Notes under the pieces: model-generated
The model's input: the letters and a program-made list of their open reading frames with translations, nothing else
Database searches by the model: none
Told to the model about the DNA's origin: nothing
Program-made: the position numbers and the translations under genes
Assembly: GCA_910577815.1 (NCBI GenBank)
Contig: CAJTNO010000006.1
Span: 15,446 to 79,445, forward strand
Length of the DNA stretch: 64,000 bases
From: an uncultured Christensenella sp.
GTDB lineage: Bacteria > Bacillota > Clostridia > Christensenellales > CAG-917
Direction of reading: 5' to 3'
In this document: positions 16,957 to 27,179 of the stretch, in pieces
Position numbering within the stretch: the first letter of the stretch is position 1
Layout: the number at the start of each line of letters is the position of its first letter

Positions 16957-18744
16957 TCACATAAATTCGATTACCTGCTCGTCGTCCGCGTCTACGATGC
17001 GCTTTATGTTTATCTTAGCCTTGACCTTTGCGCTTGCTATCGCTCTGAAGCCCAAAATCTGAATAGTAATAAGCGGCGTCATTGCAACCATTGCAACTAT
17101 TCCGAATGCAAGCTCGAGCACCTTAGATTCTCCGCCTAACACGCTGCACGCGCCGGTAGCAAACGGCAGAATAAAGCTTGCGGTAAGCGGTCCGCTTGCA
17201 ACTCCGCCCGAGTCAAACGCGATAGCCGTATAAAGCTTAGGCACAAAGAGCGAAAGCCCCAACGAGATTATATAACCGGGGATAAGATAGTAAAGTATAG
17301 AAAAATCAAATACTATCCTTATAACAGACAGTCCGATAGACAGTCCGACGCCAAGCGACAGCGCAATGAGCATCGACCTTTTTTTAACGGCTCCGTCCGT
17401 AATCTGCTCAACCTGATTGTTGAGTACGTGCACTGCAGGCTCCGCAAGAACGACAACGCAGCCGATAATAAAGCTGAATATTACAAGCAGCGGCTTACTG
17501 AAGTTAGCAAGCTCCTGCCCGATTTTAAAGCCTATGGGCATAAAACCGAGATGAACCGCCGTAAAGAAAATCAACAGACCTACAAAGGTATATATAATGC
17601 CTATGGCAATCTGAAGTATGCGGCGTTTTGGCAATTTCAGTGCGGTAATCTGCAACACAACAAAAAATCCTACAATCAGCGCAAGCGCGATGACTACGTC
17701 CTTGGCGGTTACTCCCAACGTAGCGGCAAGCTTTGCACCTAAATCGCTACTGAAAAAGTAATCGTCCGGCAAACTGTAATTCAAATCGCCCTTCATAAAC
17801 AGCGACAGAATAAACACAGCAATCATCGGACCTATAGAGCAAAGCGCGATAAGACCGAAGCTGTTCTCCTGCGACTTTCTTCCTCCGATTGTGGACGCGA
17901 CGCCTACGCCCAGCGCCATTATAAACGGAACGGTTATCGGACCTGTGGTAACGCCGCCCGAGTCAAATGCAATCGGCAAAAACATACCCTTTCCGTTTTC
18001 CACAAGTATTGCGCACACGGCAAACAGCACAAGATAGAAAAACATCAAAAGCATTGACAGGTTCTTTTTGAAAACTACCTTTATAATGGACAACAGCAAA
18101 AACAAACCGACTCCGATACCCACAACGGCTATAAGCACCGTTTTGTTCATAACCGCGCTTACCTGGTCGGCGAGTACGGTCAAATCGGGTTCCGCAACGG
18201 TGATAAGCAAGCCCATAACAAAGCTTACAAACAGCAGTAGAGGCAATCTTCTGGTTTTGGTGAGTCCCGAGCCTATATGCTCGCCCATAGGAGTCATAGC
18301 AAGGTCCGCGCCCAGATTAAACAGTCCGATACCCAAAACAAGGAATATTGCCGAAACCACAAACGTAACAATCTCGCGCGGCGTAGCCTTTACCACCGGC
18401 GTCAAGCACATAATCAAAACAATGATTGTGACAGGCACAACCGAAATCAGCGATTCCTTAAGCTTGGAAAGCAATCCTTTACCAAGCATTTTCGCACTAA
18501 ACGACACGTCTATGCGCTTCTGAGCCTTCTTAAGCTCCTTGCCGTCTATTCCCTTCAAATTTTCCGCTGTCTTCTTTTCGTCTGCGAAAGCTGCCTCGGT
18601 TGCAGATGCGCCGCTTACAGTAGTATCCTCTGTAACAGAGATTTTTTCCACGCTTAAACCCGAACCTCCCTCTACAGATTCGGCAACGCTTTCCTCTCTT
18701 GCGTTTAGCGCATTCTTATTCAGTTCAAAATCCTTGTCGTCCAT
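16957..18744 (-). CDS. DUF1538-family membrane protein (duplicated domain)
   Basis: 595 aa and polytopic. There are two internal repeats, each with an AEP motif (ITVAEPDLTVLA, VVLAEPAVHVLN). Pairing with P-II-like genes is a recurrent arrangement. Confidence 0.6.
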   Translation of the reverse strand: MDDKDFELNKNALNAREESVAESVEGGSGLSVEKISVTEDTTVSGASATEAAFADEKKTAENLKGIDGKELKKAQKRIDVSFSAKMLGKGLLSKLKESLISVVPVTIIVLIMCLTPVVKATPREIVTFVVSAIFLVLGIGLFNLGADLAMTPMGEHIGSGLTKTRRLPLLLFVSFVMGLLITVAEPDLTVLADQVSAVMNKTVLIAVVGIGVGLFLLLSIIKVVFKKNLSMLLMFFYLVLFAVCAILVENGKGMFLPIAFDSGGVTTGPITVPFIMALGVGVASTIGGRKSQENSFGLIALCSIGPMIAVFILSLFMKGDLNYSLPDDYFFSSDLGAKLAATLGVTAKDVVIALALIVGFFVVLQITALKLPKRRILQIAIGIIYTFVGLLIFFTAVHLGFMPIGFKIGQELANFSKPLLVIFSFIIGCVVVLAEPAVHVLNNQVEQITDGAVKKRSMLIALSLGVGLSIGLSVIRIVFDFSILYYLIPGYIISLGLSLFVPKLYTAIAFDSGGVASGPLTASFILPFATGACSVLGGESKVLELAFGIVAMVAMTPLITIQILGFRAIASAKVKAKINIKRIVDADDEQVIEFM

Positions 18745-19100
18745 ATCCCGATAAAACTCTGCAATGTGCTTAAACCGTTATAATCTTGGCAATCTTAGAG
18801 ATTAAATAATATAACAAGTTTACTTATTGTAAAAGTATGCCATAAACTATCGATTTTGTCAATCGCGACATACAGTGTGCGACAATAAATCGACATAATA
18901 AAAAAACTATGATTTTATAGCGGTAGATATACGGTTTTTACAATTTTTGGTTATAATTACGCCAAAAAAACAAACTATTTGTAATTGCATATTTTTCCAA
19001 GCGGAAAAATAATGAAATCGCTTGACTTTTAATGTAAAAATTTCATATCTTATTGGTAGTGTACGCGACGCGCGCACGGGAGATATAAGAGGAATATAAT

Positions 19101-20258
19101 ATGGAAAACGAAATACTTAAAGATGACTCCGCTACGGAACTCGACTTAATCACCGCGGACACTGTTGCCGAGCCTGAAACCGAGGTCGCAGCTGCCGCCG
19201 TCAAAGCTCCCGTAGCAGTGGACGCTCAAGATGAAAATTTCTTTAAACGCGGCAAAAAACAAGTACCTATCAAGCACTATAAAGTAGGAAAACTGGAATT
19301 TACCAATCAAGGCGCGCATAATTTTCTTAAATATGCCCTTTTGCTGATTTTACTTGCAAGCATTAGGTCGTTGACAACTTATATCTTTATAGTTCCAAAC
19401 GGCTTTGCTCCCGGCGGAGTAAGCGGTATATCCTCTATAATCTACAACATAGTAGTTTTGCTCGAGCCTGAAAATCAGATGCTGCTGACAATATTCGACC
19501 CCGGTCTTACTATGCTTGTGTTAAACCTTCCGTTTATCATAGTAGCGTTTTTCGTACTAAGTAAAAAGTTTGCCATAAACACATTTTTTGTTGTAGCCGT
19601 TTATTCGGGACTTATGTTTTTGCTCGGAGCGGTAAAATGCCCGCAGTTCTACGTCCTCGACAATCCGGGACTTCAGATACTTGCGGCGCTCGCTGGCGGC
19701 GTTTGCACAGGCTTCTGCCTCGGCATTATGCTCCGTCACGATATGAGTATGGCGGGTACAGACATTGTGGGTAAAATCATACACAAGCACAATCCCTCTA
19801 CAGGCGCGCAGTGGTGGATACTCATCTGCGACTGCATCGTTGCAACCTGCTCGGGCGTCCTTGGTATCATCAAGCTTGACTTTACAACCGTAACGGGAAA
19901 TGCGGCGCTTGTTGCTATACTCTCGCCGATATTTTTCTCGTTCATATCGCTTGTAACGGGCTCGCTTACGGCGGACGTATTGCAGGCAGGCTTCCAGTCG
20001 TCTATAGTATTCAACATCATTACGGACAAATCGGACGAGATTTCACGCGCTATCAGCGAAAAGCTCCGCCGAGGCGTAACAATGTCAACCGCAATCGGCT
20101 ACTACACCAAAACCGAGCATAAGATATTGACCTGCGTAGTAAGCAAACGCCAGATAAGCACAGTAAAGGATATAATAAAGGAATGCGACCCGCTTGCATT
20201 CACATATATCACAAAGGCTCACGAGGTTGCGGGCAAGGGATTCCGCTCGGCCGGCTGA
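19101..20258 (+). CDS. YitT-family membrane protein (DUF2179 C-terminal domain)
   Basis: 385 aa, polytopic, with GGVSGIS and GTDI motifs and a C-terminal soluble domain. The N-terminal extension is acidic. Confidence 0.65.
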   Translation: MENEILKDDSATELDLITADTVAEPETEVAAAAVKAPVAVDAQDENFFKRGKKQVPIKHYKVGKLEFTNQGAHNFLKYALLLILLASIRSLTTYIFIVPNGFAPGGVSGISSIIYNIVVLLEPENQMLLTIFDPGLTMLVLNLPFIIVAFFVLSKKFAINTFFVVAVYSGLMFLLGAVKCPQFYVLDNPGLQILAALAGGVCTGFCLGIMLRHDMSMAGTDIVGKIIHKHNPSTGAQWWILICDCIVATCSGVLGIIKLDFTTVTGNAALVAILSPIFFSFISLVTGSLTADVLQAGFQSSIVFNIITDKSDEISRAISEKLRRGVTMSTAIGYYTKTEHKILTCVVSKRQISTVKDIIKECDPLAFTYITKAHEVAGKGFRSAG

Positions 20259-20300
20259 TATAAGCGCAATCACAAATTAAAAAAATTATTAAGTTATTTA

Positions 20301-20322
20301 AAAACGCCCTTTCGGGCGTTTT
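20301..20322. terminator. Bidirectional intrinsic terminator
   Basis: AAAACGCCC-TTTC-GGGCGTTTT between convergent genes. Confidence 0.75.
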
Positions 20323-20324
20323 TA

Positions 20325-21065
20325 TTATTTATCGTAGACCTGAAAAATTCTTTCATTCATCATATACTGATTCATTTCCGAAAGGTCGTTGCCCTCGAAG
20401 TTTCTTTTTCTCATCGGCTTTGCGGGAATACCCCCTACAAGCGTAAACTCATCCACGTTCTTTGTAACAATCGCGCCCGTAGCCACAATAGCTCCCGTGC
20501 CAAGCGTAACGCCGGGCAAAATAGTAGCGGAGGTATACACCTTAGCATAATCTCCTATAACAACGGGCTTATATTCGCGCACCATATGGTCCCATTCGCT
20601 ATGCGAATGCGTAAAAATCTTAACGTACTCTGTTAGCATAGAATGGTCTCCAAGCTTAATTCCGCCCTTTGCGTCAAGATAACATCCCGCATTCCAGGAT
20701 ACGTTTTTGCCGATTTCGATATTGTTGGCGAAATTAAATCTACAGCCCTCGTTTGCTACAAAGCCGTCGCCGCAGCTTTTAAATAGCTTTTTAGCTATTA
20801 TCTGCCTGAACGGAATAGCAAACGCACAGTTTATGCCAAGCGGAACTCTGTCAACGCTCTCCCACAAAATGTGCAGATTGCGCCTATACTCGTCATACTG
20901 AAGCTCAAGCGGCATATAGTCGTTCCAAAGCCTGAAGCTTTTAACGGCAGCTTCGTCATAACCGTCTATGCCGATTATACCAAGCGCTCTGACGGTGTTT
21001 TTTGCACTCATTCCGTCGCCGACTAATTTTTGAATTTCATTAAGCTTATTATCTAAAATATTCAT
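20325..21065 (-). CDS. Left-handed beta-helix (hexapeptide-repeat) acyl/acetyltransferase
   Basis: Hexapeptide-repeat C-terminal half (…IGDYAKVYTSATILPGVTLGTGAIVATGAIVTKNV…GGIPAKP). Confidence 0.7.
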   Translation of the reverse strand: MNILDNKLNEIQKLVGDGMSAKNTVRALGIIGIDGYDEAAVKSFRLWNDYMPLELQYDEYRRNLHILWESVDRVPLGINCAFAIPFRQIIAKKLFKSCGDGFVANEGCRFNFANNIEIGKNVSWNAGCYLDAKGGIKLGDHSMLTEYVKIFTHSHSEWDHMVREYKPVVIGDYAKVYTSATILPGVTLGTGAIVATGAIVTKNVDEFTLVGGIPAKPMRKRNFEGNDLSEMNQYMMNERIFQVYDK

Positions 21066-21132
21066 AAAACCACCTTTAACTCAACGTTTTTATCATATTA
21101 ACTCTTATTTATGTCATTTATTATAAGTTTTC

Positions 21133-22158
21133 TCATTTGCAGCTAAACGCATATGTAGTAACCGAGCTGTACTTTTCACCTGCTTTCAAAACGATACCTT
21201 CAAATTCGGGAATATTGCAGGCATTGGGATAGCCTTGAGTTTCCATACAGAATGCCGATTGATACGGATAGACTGTTTTTCCCTTAAAGGCGTCAAGAAA
21301 ATTGCCGGAATATAACTGCATACAGGGCTTATCCGTATAAACGCTCATAAGTATTCCGCTATCGCTTGAATATGCGGTGGCAACGGGCTCTTTTCCGTCA
21401 TTATTTAAAACATAGTTGATGTCGTAGCCGCCGCGCGCATTCTTAAGCAAAACATCATCCGCGGCGATGTCCTTGCCAAGCGGCTTAACCGTTGTAAAAT
21501 CAAACGGAGTGTTTTGCACTCGCATAATTTGCCCGTTGGGTATAAGCTCGCTGTCGACAACGGTAACGGCGTCCGCATTTATGAAAATATCGTGGTCTAG
21601 CGCGCTTATAAAGCGTCCGTCAAGATTAAAATACGTGTGATTGGTAAGCGAGCAAAGCGTGTCGCTGTCGCTTTCCGCCTCGTAATATATCTCAAGCGCA
21701 TTATCCTCGCTAAGCTTATAGGTTACGCAGACATTGAGATTGCCGGGATAACCCTCCTCTTTATCTCGCGAAAGATAGCTTAGCTTAATGCTTGCATCCC
21801 CGCAGTCTAATACAGTCCAAAGCTTTTTATCAAAGCCCTCCTTTCCGCCGTGAAGATGATTGTTTCCGTCATTATTAAAAAGCTTATAACTCTCGCCGTT
21901 TAGCGAAAACTCCGCGCCGCCTATCCTGTTTGCCACCCTTCCTACCGCAGCTCCAAAATAAGTTCCGCGGTCATTTCTGTACTCCTCCGCATCATCGAAG
22001 CCTGCGACAACGTCTATCGGATTGCCGTTTCTGTCATTGACAAACAACTTTTGTATGCGCGCGCCGTAGGTTATCACCTGCGCCTTCATTCCGTTGCCGT
22101 TTTCAAGCAAATACGTTTCTATACCCGTTTCGGATTTTTCTATAAGCCTTGTTTGCAT
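21133..22158 (-). CDS. galM: Aldose 1-epimerase (galactose mutarotase)
   Basis: Signatures NHLHGG and TNHTYFNL, and overall mutarotase length. The likely start is MQTRLIEK at 22158; the track ORF extends to 22218. Confidence 0.8.
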   Translation of the reverse strand: MQTRLIEKSETGIETYLLENGNGMKAQVITYGARIQKLFVNDRNGNPIDVVAGFDDAEEYRNDRGTYFGAAVGRVANRIGGAEFSLNGESYKLFNNDGNNHLHGGKEGFDKKLWTVLDCGDASIKLSYLSRDKEEGYPGNLNVCVTYKLSEDNALEIYYEAESDSDTLCSLTNHTYFNLDGRFISALDHDIFINADAVTVVDSELIPNGQIMRVQNTPFDFTTVKPLGKDIAADDVLLKNARGGYDINYVLNNDGKEPVATAYSSDSGILMSVYTDKPCMQLYSGNFLDAFKGKTVYPYQSAFCMETQGYPNACNIPEFEGIVLKAGEKYSSVTTYAFSCK

Positions 22159-22379
22159 AAAACACCTCTTATGAAATATTTTAACATAAATTTTAAAGCT
22201 GTGAATACAAATTTGCAAATTAAGCTTTATTTTATTATTTAAATAATTTAAACCCGTTTATGTGCAAAATTCTTATTTGAAAATCTTTCAATATAAAAGC
22301 AAAAGCGCTTTTGCAAGCCGTAAGATATTTATTCTACGTTTAGCAAAGCGCTTTAACTTAACAATATAAATATTTCTGA

Positions 22380-23801
22380 TTATTTTAATACAGACAGCGC
22401 GTCGGATATTGTCTTTTCGTACGCTTCCCTGCCGTATTTATCAACCTCGGCTTTATTCTTTTCGCCGTGAGTAAGACAGCCCGCTCCGCCGATACAGCCG
22501 CCTACGCAAGCCATTCCCTCTATAAAGTTGGCGTCAAGCACATTCTTGCTCTTTTTAAGCAATGCGATACGGCACTCCTCTATTCCGTCGCAGGAGCAAG
22601 CCTTAAGGTCGAAATCCAAGTTCTGTTCCTTTAAGCCCTGAGCTACCGCGTCCGCAAGTCCGCCGCTGCGCGCAAATATTCTTCCGAAATACGAGGCGTT
22701 GTCAAGAACCCCCTCCTCAAGCGCAGTCAAGTCTATATCGCGGCTGTCAATCAGCGCCTGCAACTCCTCAAAGGTCATCACGGCGTCAACGTACTGCTTG
22801 ACCTCCTCGCGCTGAACCTCCATCTTCTTTGCCGTGCAGGGACCGATAAACACAATCTTGCAGTCGGGCTCCTTGTCCTTAAGATACTTGGATATCGTTG
22901 CCATAGGCGAAAGATTGCCCGAGATGTACTTTTCAAGGTCGGGGAAATTCTTTTGGATATAGTTTACAAACGCAGGACAGCAGGAGCTGGTAAGGAATCC
23001 GTGTTCCGCAAGCTCCTTAGACTCTGCCTTGGCAACCATATCCGCGCCGAGAGCCGCCTCGATTACCGTAAAGAAGCCGAGTCTTTTGATACCAGTAATT
23101 ACCTGTCCGAGCTTGGCATAGGTGAACTGACTGGAAATAGACGGAGCAACTATAGCATAAGTCTTATATTTCGTATTGCCGATACTGCCCTTAAGCATAT
23201 CGATTATTTGCAGAATATACGACTTATCGGTTATCGCGCCGAAGGGACACTGATATACGCACGCTCCGCAGGCTATACATTTATCGTTGTCTATATGTGC
23301 CGCCTTGGACTCGTCCATACTTATTGCCTTGACCTTGCAGGCGCGCTCGCAGGGACGAATATAATTGTGTATCGCGCTGTACGGGCAAACCTTGGCGCAC
23401 ATACCGCACTCGACGCATTTGCTCTTGTCAATGTGCGCTACGTGATTGTGGTCGAAGGAGATAGCTCCGCGCTTGCACACGTCCTCGCAACGGTGAGCAA
23501 GACAGCCGCGGCACGCGCTTGTTACCTCGTAACCGCCCATAGGACACTCGTCGCAGGCTATATCTATAACCTGAATGACGTTCTCGTTGCGCGGGTCTCC
23601 GCCCATAGCGATTTTTACACGCTCGCCGAGAATGGCGCGTTCCTTATAAACGCAGCAGCGCATAGTAGGCTGAGTGCCGGGAACAATGGTTTTAGGGATG
23701 TCGAAGGCAGTCTGGGGAAGTCTGCCCGCCCAAGCCTCGCGCGCGACCTCGCGCAAAACCTTATATTTGAGATATTGTACCTTTGTATCAAACTTTTTCA
23801 T
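22380..23801 (-). CDS. [FeFe]-hydrogenase-family protein (ferredoxin-like 4Fe-4S domains plus an H-cluster domain)
   Basis: Multiple CxxCxxCxxxCP motifs and H-cluster motifs SSCCPAFV, GPCTAKKME and EGMACVGGCIGG. Confidence 0.8.
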   Translation of the reverse strand: MKKFDTKVQYLKYKVLREVAREAWAGRLPQTAFDIPKTIVPGTQPTMRCCVYKERAILGERVKIAMGGDPRNENVIQVIDIACDECPMGGYEVTSACRGCLAHRCEDVCKRGAISFDHNHVAHIDKSKCVECGMCAKVCPYSAIHNYIRPCERACKVKAISMDESKAAHIDNDKCIACGACVYQCPFGAITDKSYILQIIDMLKGSIGNTKYKTYAIVAPSISSQFTYAKLGQVITGIKRLGFFTVIEAALGADMVAKAESKELAEHGFLTSSCCPAFVNYIQKNFPDLEKYISGNLSPMATISKYLKDKEPDCKIVFIGPCTAKKMEVQREEVKQYVDAVMTFEELQALIDSRDIDLTALEEGVLDNASYFGRIFARSGGLADAVAQGLKEQNLDFDLKACSCDGIEECRIALLKKSKNVLDANFIEGMACVGGCIGGAGCLTHGEKNKAEVDKYGREAYEKTISDALSVLK

Positions 23802-23810
23802 AGTACACCT

Positions 23811-24983
23811 TTAGAAATAGCTGACCTTGATTCGCTTGCCCATCTGCTTTAAGCACTCGGACAGCTCCTGAACAAGGTTCATCTTGATATTGAAATTTAT
23901 AGGAAGTTCGGGATTCTGATGCGCGGGGTTTACGGCGCGTCCGACATAGAAGTTTATGTCCGTCGCTTCCTCGAAGAGCAGTCTGCAAATCAGCGACGCT
24001 CCGTCGCGCTTGAAGCTCCACTGCTCGTAGGTTTCGTTATCCGCAAGATAATCCTTGGCGTATTGCAAAACCTTATTTATCGTAATAACACCCTCGGTAA
24101 CCAAGTCAACGCCCTCTATCGTTGCGATAGGCGGAACGTCGGACTGCTCGAAATTAAGGCTTGCCCTGAGCGGCTTGCCGAGGTACTTTGCCGCAATGGA
24201 AGCCGTCGTGCCGCCGCACACTATGTGCTTGCCCTCCTTTGAGAAGAACAGCGACATCATATTGTTGCCGTCGTTGCGGTTGGACGGAGGTCCGAACATC
24301 AGGTTCATAGGCTCGCGCTTGCGTATCTTTACCACGCACGCCGTAGCGTCGTCGCCGGGCTTGCCTCCGTAAAGCTCGTCGCACTTGTCCACAAGAATTG
24401 TGGACATAGTTTTTGCGGTATATCCGCCTGCTGCGACCGTTTCCATAAAATCGACAATCTGGTCGCGCTTCCAACCGAAATTATACGAGGTCCCGAGCCC
24501 TGCGTGCGGACAACCGTCGCTCATAGCAACAATTATATCGCCCTCGCGCAGCTTGATATTTGATTTATATATTCGCTTGCCTCCGATGTTCATCTCGCGC
24601 GTCGGATACTCGTAATTGCTTCCGTCGCGTATAAAAATTGCAAGCGGATTGTCAAACTGAATTAGCTCGGCAATATCGTTTTCGATGAGATGCACTATCG
24701 TAAACGTAGAATACGCAATTCCTCTCACCGAGCAAATCGGCAAGGTCTGCGCAATCGTTTCCACGCAATCCTCGACGGAAAGCCCCTCGGCGAGCATAGT
24801 GGACAAAATCTTAGATGTGAGCGTAGACAAAATACTTGCCTTAACACCGCTTCCAAGACCGTCCGCAAGCACGATTACAGAGGAATTTTCGCCCTGCTCC
24901 ACGATTTCCACGTGGTCGCCGCAAAGCTGCTCTCCTACGTGATTTATACTTTTATAGCCGATATCGGCAAACAAATCATTCAT
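23811..24983 (-). CDS. PP2C/SpoIIE-family serine phosphatase
   Basis: N-terminal half with GDHVEIV…LADGLGSGVKAS…AMSDG, the typical SpoIIE/RsbU pattern. Overlaps the HydS-like gene by 8 nt. Confidence 0.75.
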   Translation of the reverse strand: MNDLFADIGYKSINHVGEQLCGDHVEIVEQGENSSVIVLADGLGSGVKASILSTLTSKILSTMLAEGLSVEDCVETIAQTLPICSVRGIAYSTFTIVHLIENDIAELIQFDNPLAIFIRDGSNYEYPTREMNIGGKRIYKSNIKLREGDIIVAMSDGCPHAGLGTSYNFGWKRDQIVDFMETVAAGGYTAKTMSTILVDKCDELYGGKPGDDATACVVKIRKREPMNLMFGPPSNRNDGNNMMSLFFSKEGKHIVCGGTTASIAAKYLGKPLRASLNFEQSDVPPIATIEGVDLVTEGVITINKVLQYAKDYLADNETYEQWSFKRDGASLICRLLFEEATDINFYVGRAVNPAHQNPELPINFNIKMNLVQELSECLKQMGKRIKVSYF

Positions 24984-26646
24984 TTTGTATAGAATCCTTC
25001 AGCTTAGTAAGCGCGATTTTGGTTTCCGCTGCAGTTTCGCCGAGCAGCGAAGCAATCTCCTGAACTATACGCATCTGCTTATCCACGACCTTGTCGGCAG
25101 TTTCAACGGTACGGCGGTTGATTTCCTCCTTCTCGCCTCGCACCTTCTCCTCCTCGGTCACGTCGCGCATAATGCAAATTATCAGCTTGGACGCGGCGTC
25201 ATACACAACGGTCTGCTCCACATAACGCTTATACTCGATAAGATACACTCTTTGATTGTGTACGCTTCTGCCCGATTGCAAAACCTGCATAAACACCTGC
25301 GGATTTAGTATACGCACAACCTGCTCGCCGAGAATATCCATTTCCGACCTGAGGTTTGTTATCTGCATAGCCGCGCGGTTAATCTGCTGAACCTCGAGCT
25401 TATCGTTAAGCACTATTATTCCGTTGGGAGTGTTGTTTACAATGCTGTCGGAAAAGCTCTCCGCCTTATCCTTGAGGAAGGGCAGACACATAGATATTTC
25501 CGCCTTGCCCTGTAGGATAGCGATTGCCTTTTCGCGGCAGGTATTGTATCCGCAGGAGCCGCAGTTAAGCTCGTCCTCTCTACGGTTTTTGCCCATCTGT
25601 CTTAGTACGCTTGAAATCTCCGTTTCGGTAGGAGCAACCACGTGCCTGTCGATAACGCCGAACAGCTTACGAATATCCTGAGCCGCCGGCTGAGCGACGT
25701 CAAAATCCTTTTTACCCGCATACTCGGAAATAACCGTATAATCCTTGATAGGCGAGCGCGCCTCCATAGCGGGACCGCCTATACAGCTTCCTACGCAAGC
25801 GGACATCTCTATAAAGCATTTATGTATTTTTCCGCTTTCTATATCCTTAAGCGCGGCAATACAGTTATCCACACCGTCCAACGCTATATAGGAATAGCCT
25901 TCGGCGTTCTGCGCCATAGTTTTGAGCACTCCGCCCGTTGTCGGGAAAAATCTTGCCCTGCTCTCCTCCGATTTGTCGGAGACGGCTTCAACCTCGATAT
26001 GCTCGTCCTTAAGCCACTGCGAAAGCTCCTCGAAGGTAAGCACCGCGTCAACCAAGTCCTCGTATTTCTGAGCCTCGTCCTTTTTGGATACGCAGGGACC
26101 GATAAATACCGTCTTTGCGTTGGGAGCCTTCTTTTTCAGCTCCGTGCAATGCGCCTGCATAGGAGAAAGCACGTCCGCAAGATACTTAAGCGACGACGGG
26201 AAGTATTTTTGAATGAGCAAATTGACAGAGTGACAGCAGGAGGAAATGACTATATCGCGCTTTTCCTCGTTAAGCAGTCTGTCATACTCGCGCTTTACTA
26301 TCGTAGCTCCTATAGCGGTCTCCTCAACGTCCTTGAAGCCGAGCTTCTTGATGGCGGTGCGCATAGCCTCTATGCCCGCTCCGCCGTAGTTGGCGATAAA
26401 GGACGGCGCAAGGCTGACGTACACGGGGTCGCCGGACTGGATAAGCACCTTTGCCTTTTCCCTCTCGCTGTTTATCTCCTTGGCGTTTTGAGGACAGACG
26501 ACGAGGCAGTGTCCGCAGAGAATGCACTCGTCCGAAATAATATGCGCCTGATTTGCCGAAAATCTGATAGATTTTACGGGACAGTGGCGAATACATTTAT
26601 AGCAGTTTTTGCAATTAGATTTTTTTAAAGTAAGGCAGTCGGACAT
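24976..26646 (-). CDS. hydS: Sensory [FeFe]-hydrogenase-like protein (HydS type) with a C-terminal PAS domain
   Basis: The order is a 4Fe-4S dicluster N-terminus, an H-domain (SSCCHSV, GPCVSKKDE, EMSACVGSCIGGP), an extra Cys motif (CGSCGYNTC…C), and a PAS-like segment. Confidence 0.75.
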   Translation of the reverse strand: MSDCLTLKKSNCKNCYKCIRHCPVKSIRFSANQAHIISDECILCGHCLVVCPQNAKEINSEREKAKVLIQSGDPVYVSLAPSFIANYGGAGIEAMRTAIKKLGFKDVEETAIGATIVKREYDRLLNEEKRDIVISSCCHSVNLLIQKYFPSSLKYLADVLSPMQAHCTELKKKAPNAKTVFIGPCVSKKDEAQKYEDLVDAVLTFEELSQWLKDEHIEVEAVSDKSEESRARFFPTTGGVLKTMAQNAEGYSYIALDGVDNCIAALKDIESGKIHKCFIEMSACVGSCIGGPAMEARSPIKDYTVISEYAGKKDFDVAQPAAQDIRKLFGVIDRHVVAPTETEISSVLRQMGKNRREDELNCGSCGYNTCREKAIAILQGKAEISMCLPFLKDKAESFSDSIVNNTPNGIIVLNDKLEVQQINRAAMQITNLRSEMDILGEQVVRILNPQVFMQVLQSGRSVHNQRVYLIEYKRYVEQTVVYDAASKLIICIMRDVTEEEKVRGEKEEINRRTVETADKVVDKQMRIVQEIASLLGETAAETKIALTKLKDSIQNE

Positions 26647-26648
26647 AT

Positions 26649-26912
26649 TTAAACCTCCGAATTTTTAATAGCCGTCATTATCGTATTTTCAAAGAAATCG
26701 CGGAAATTATCGCGGGTAATACCCGTATAAACCTCCTCGTCCACCTTGACCGAAACGCCTACGCGGTTGCACTTGCCGCAGCAAAAGCACCCCGAAAGCA
26801 CCACTTCGTCCTCAAGATGATGCTTTTCAACCTCTTTCTGAATAAGCTCTACAATTTCGGGCGCGCCGGTCAGATGACAGGAGCTGCCCACGCATACGTC
26901 TATGAACACCAT
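26649..26912 (-). CDS. Thioredoxin-like [2Fe-2S] ferredoxin
   Basis: 87 aa with Cys ligand spacing (GSSCH…CFCCGKC). Paralogue of the adjacent gene. Confidence 0.65.
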   Translation of the reverse strand: MVFIDVCVGSSCHLTGAPEIVELIQKEVEKHHLEDEVVLSGCFCCGKCNRVGVSVKVDEEVYTGITRDNFRDFFENTIMTAIKNSEV

Positions 26913-26914
26913 AA

Positions 26915-27154
26915 TTATAACGCTCCGAGTACGTAAGTGTCAAAGAATTCGCCGACGGAATCCGGCTTTACCGAATGGAACTCTCCGTCCACGGTTACGC
27001 AAACTCCCTCGCGGCATCTGCCCATACAGAAGGTGCTTGCAAGCTCCACCTTATCCTGAAGCCCGTTATCCTCTACAAGCTGCTGTATCTGCTCGACAAC
27101 AGGACGCGAGCCGTGTACGTGACAGGAGCTTCCTATACAAATGGTAATTTTCAT
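26915..27154 (-). CDS. Thioredoxin-like [2Fe-2S] ferredoxin
   Basis: 79 aa (GSSCH…CMGRC). First gene of the operon. Confidence 0.65.
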   Translation of the reverse strand: MKITICIGSSCHVHGSRPVVEQIQQLVEDNGLQDKVELASTFCMGRCREGVCVTVDGEFHSVKPDSVGEFFDTYVLGAL

Positions 27155-27179
27155 AATAATCCTCTCTCAGTAAACTTGT

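Noticed and set aside
25642-26628. Long antisense ORFs here and at 22953..23852, 47356..48504, 58427..59248, 59541..60278, 61779..62393, 10621..11286 and 11860..12537
   Set aside because: All are embedded antisense in genes with clear family signatures (HydS-like, hydrogenase, lipoprotein, pfp, pfkA, dnaE, portal). They lack an SD and recognisable domains, so I treated them as shadow ORFs.
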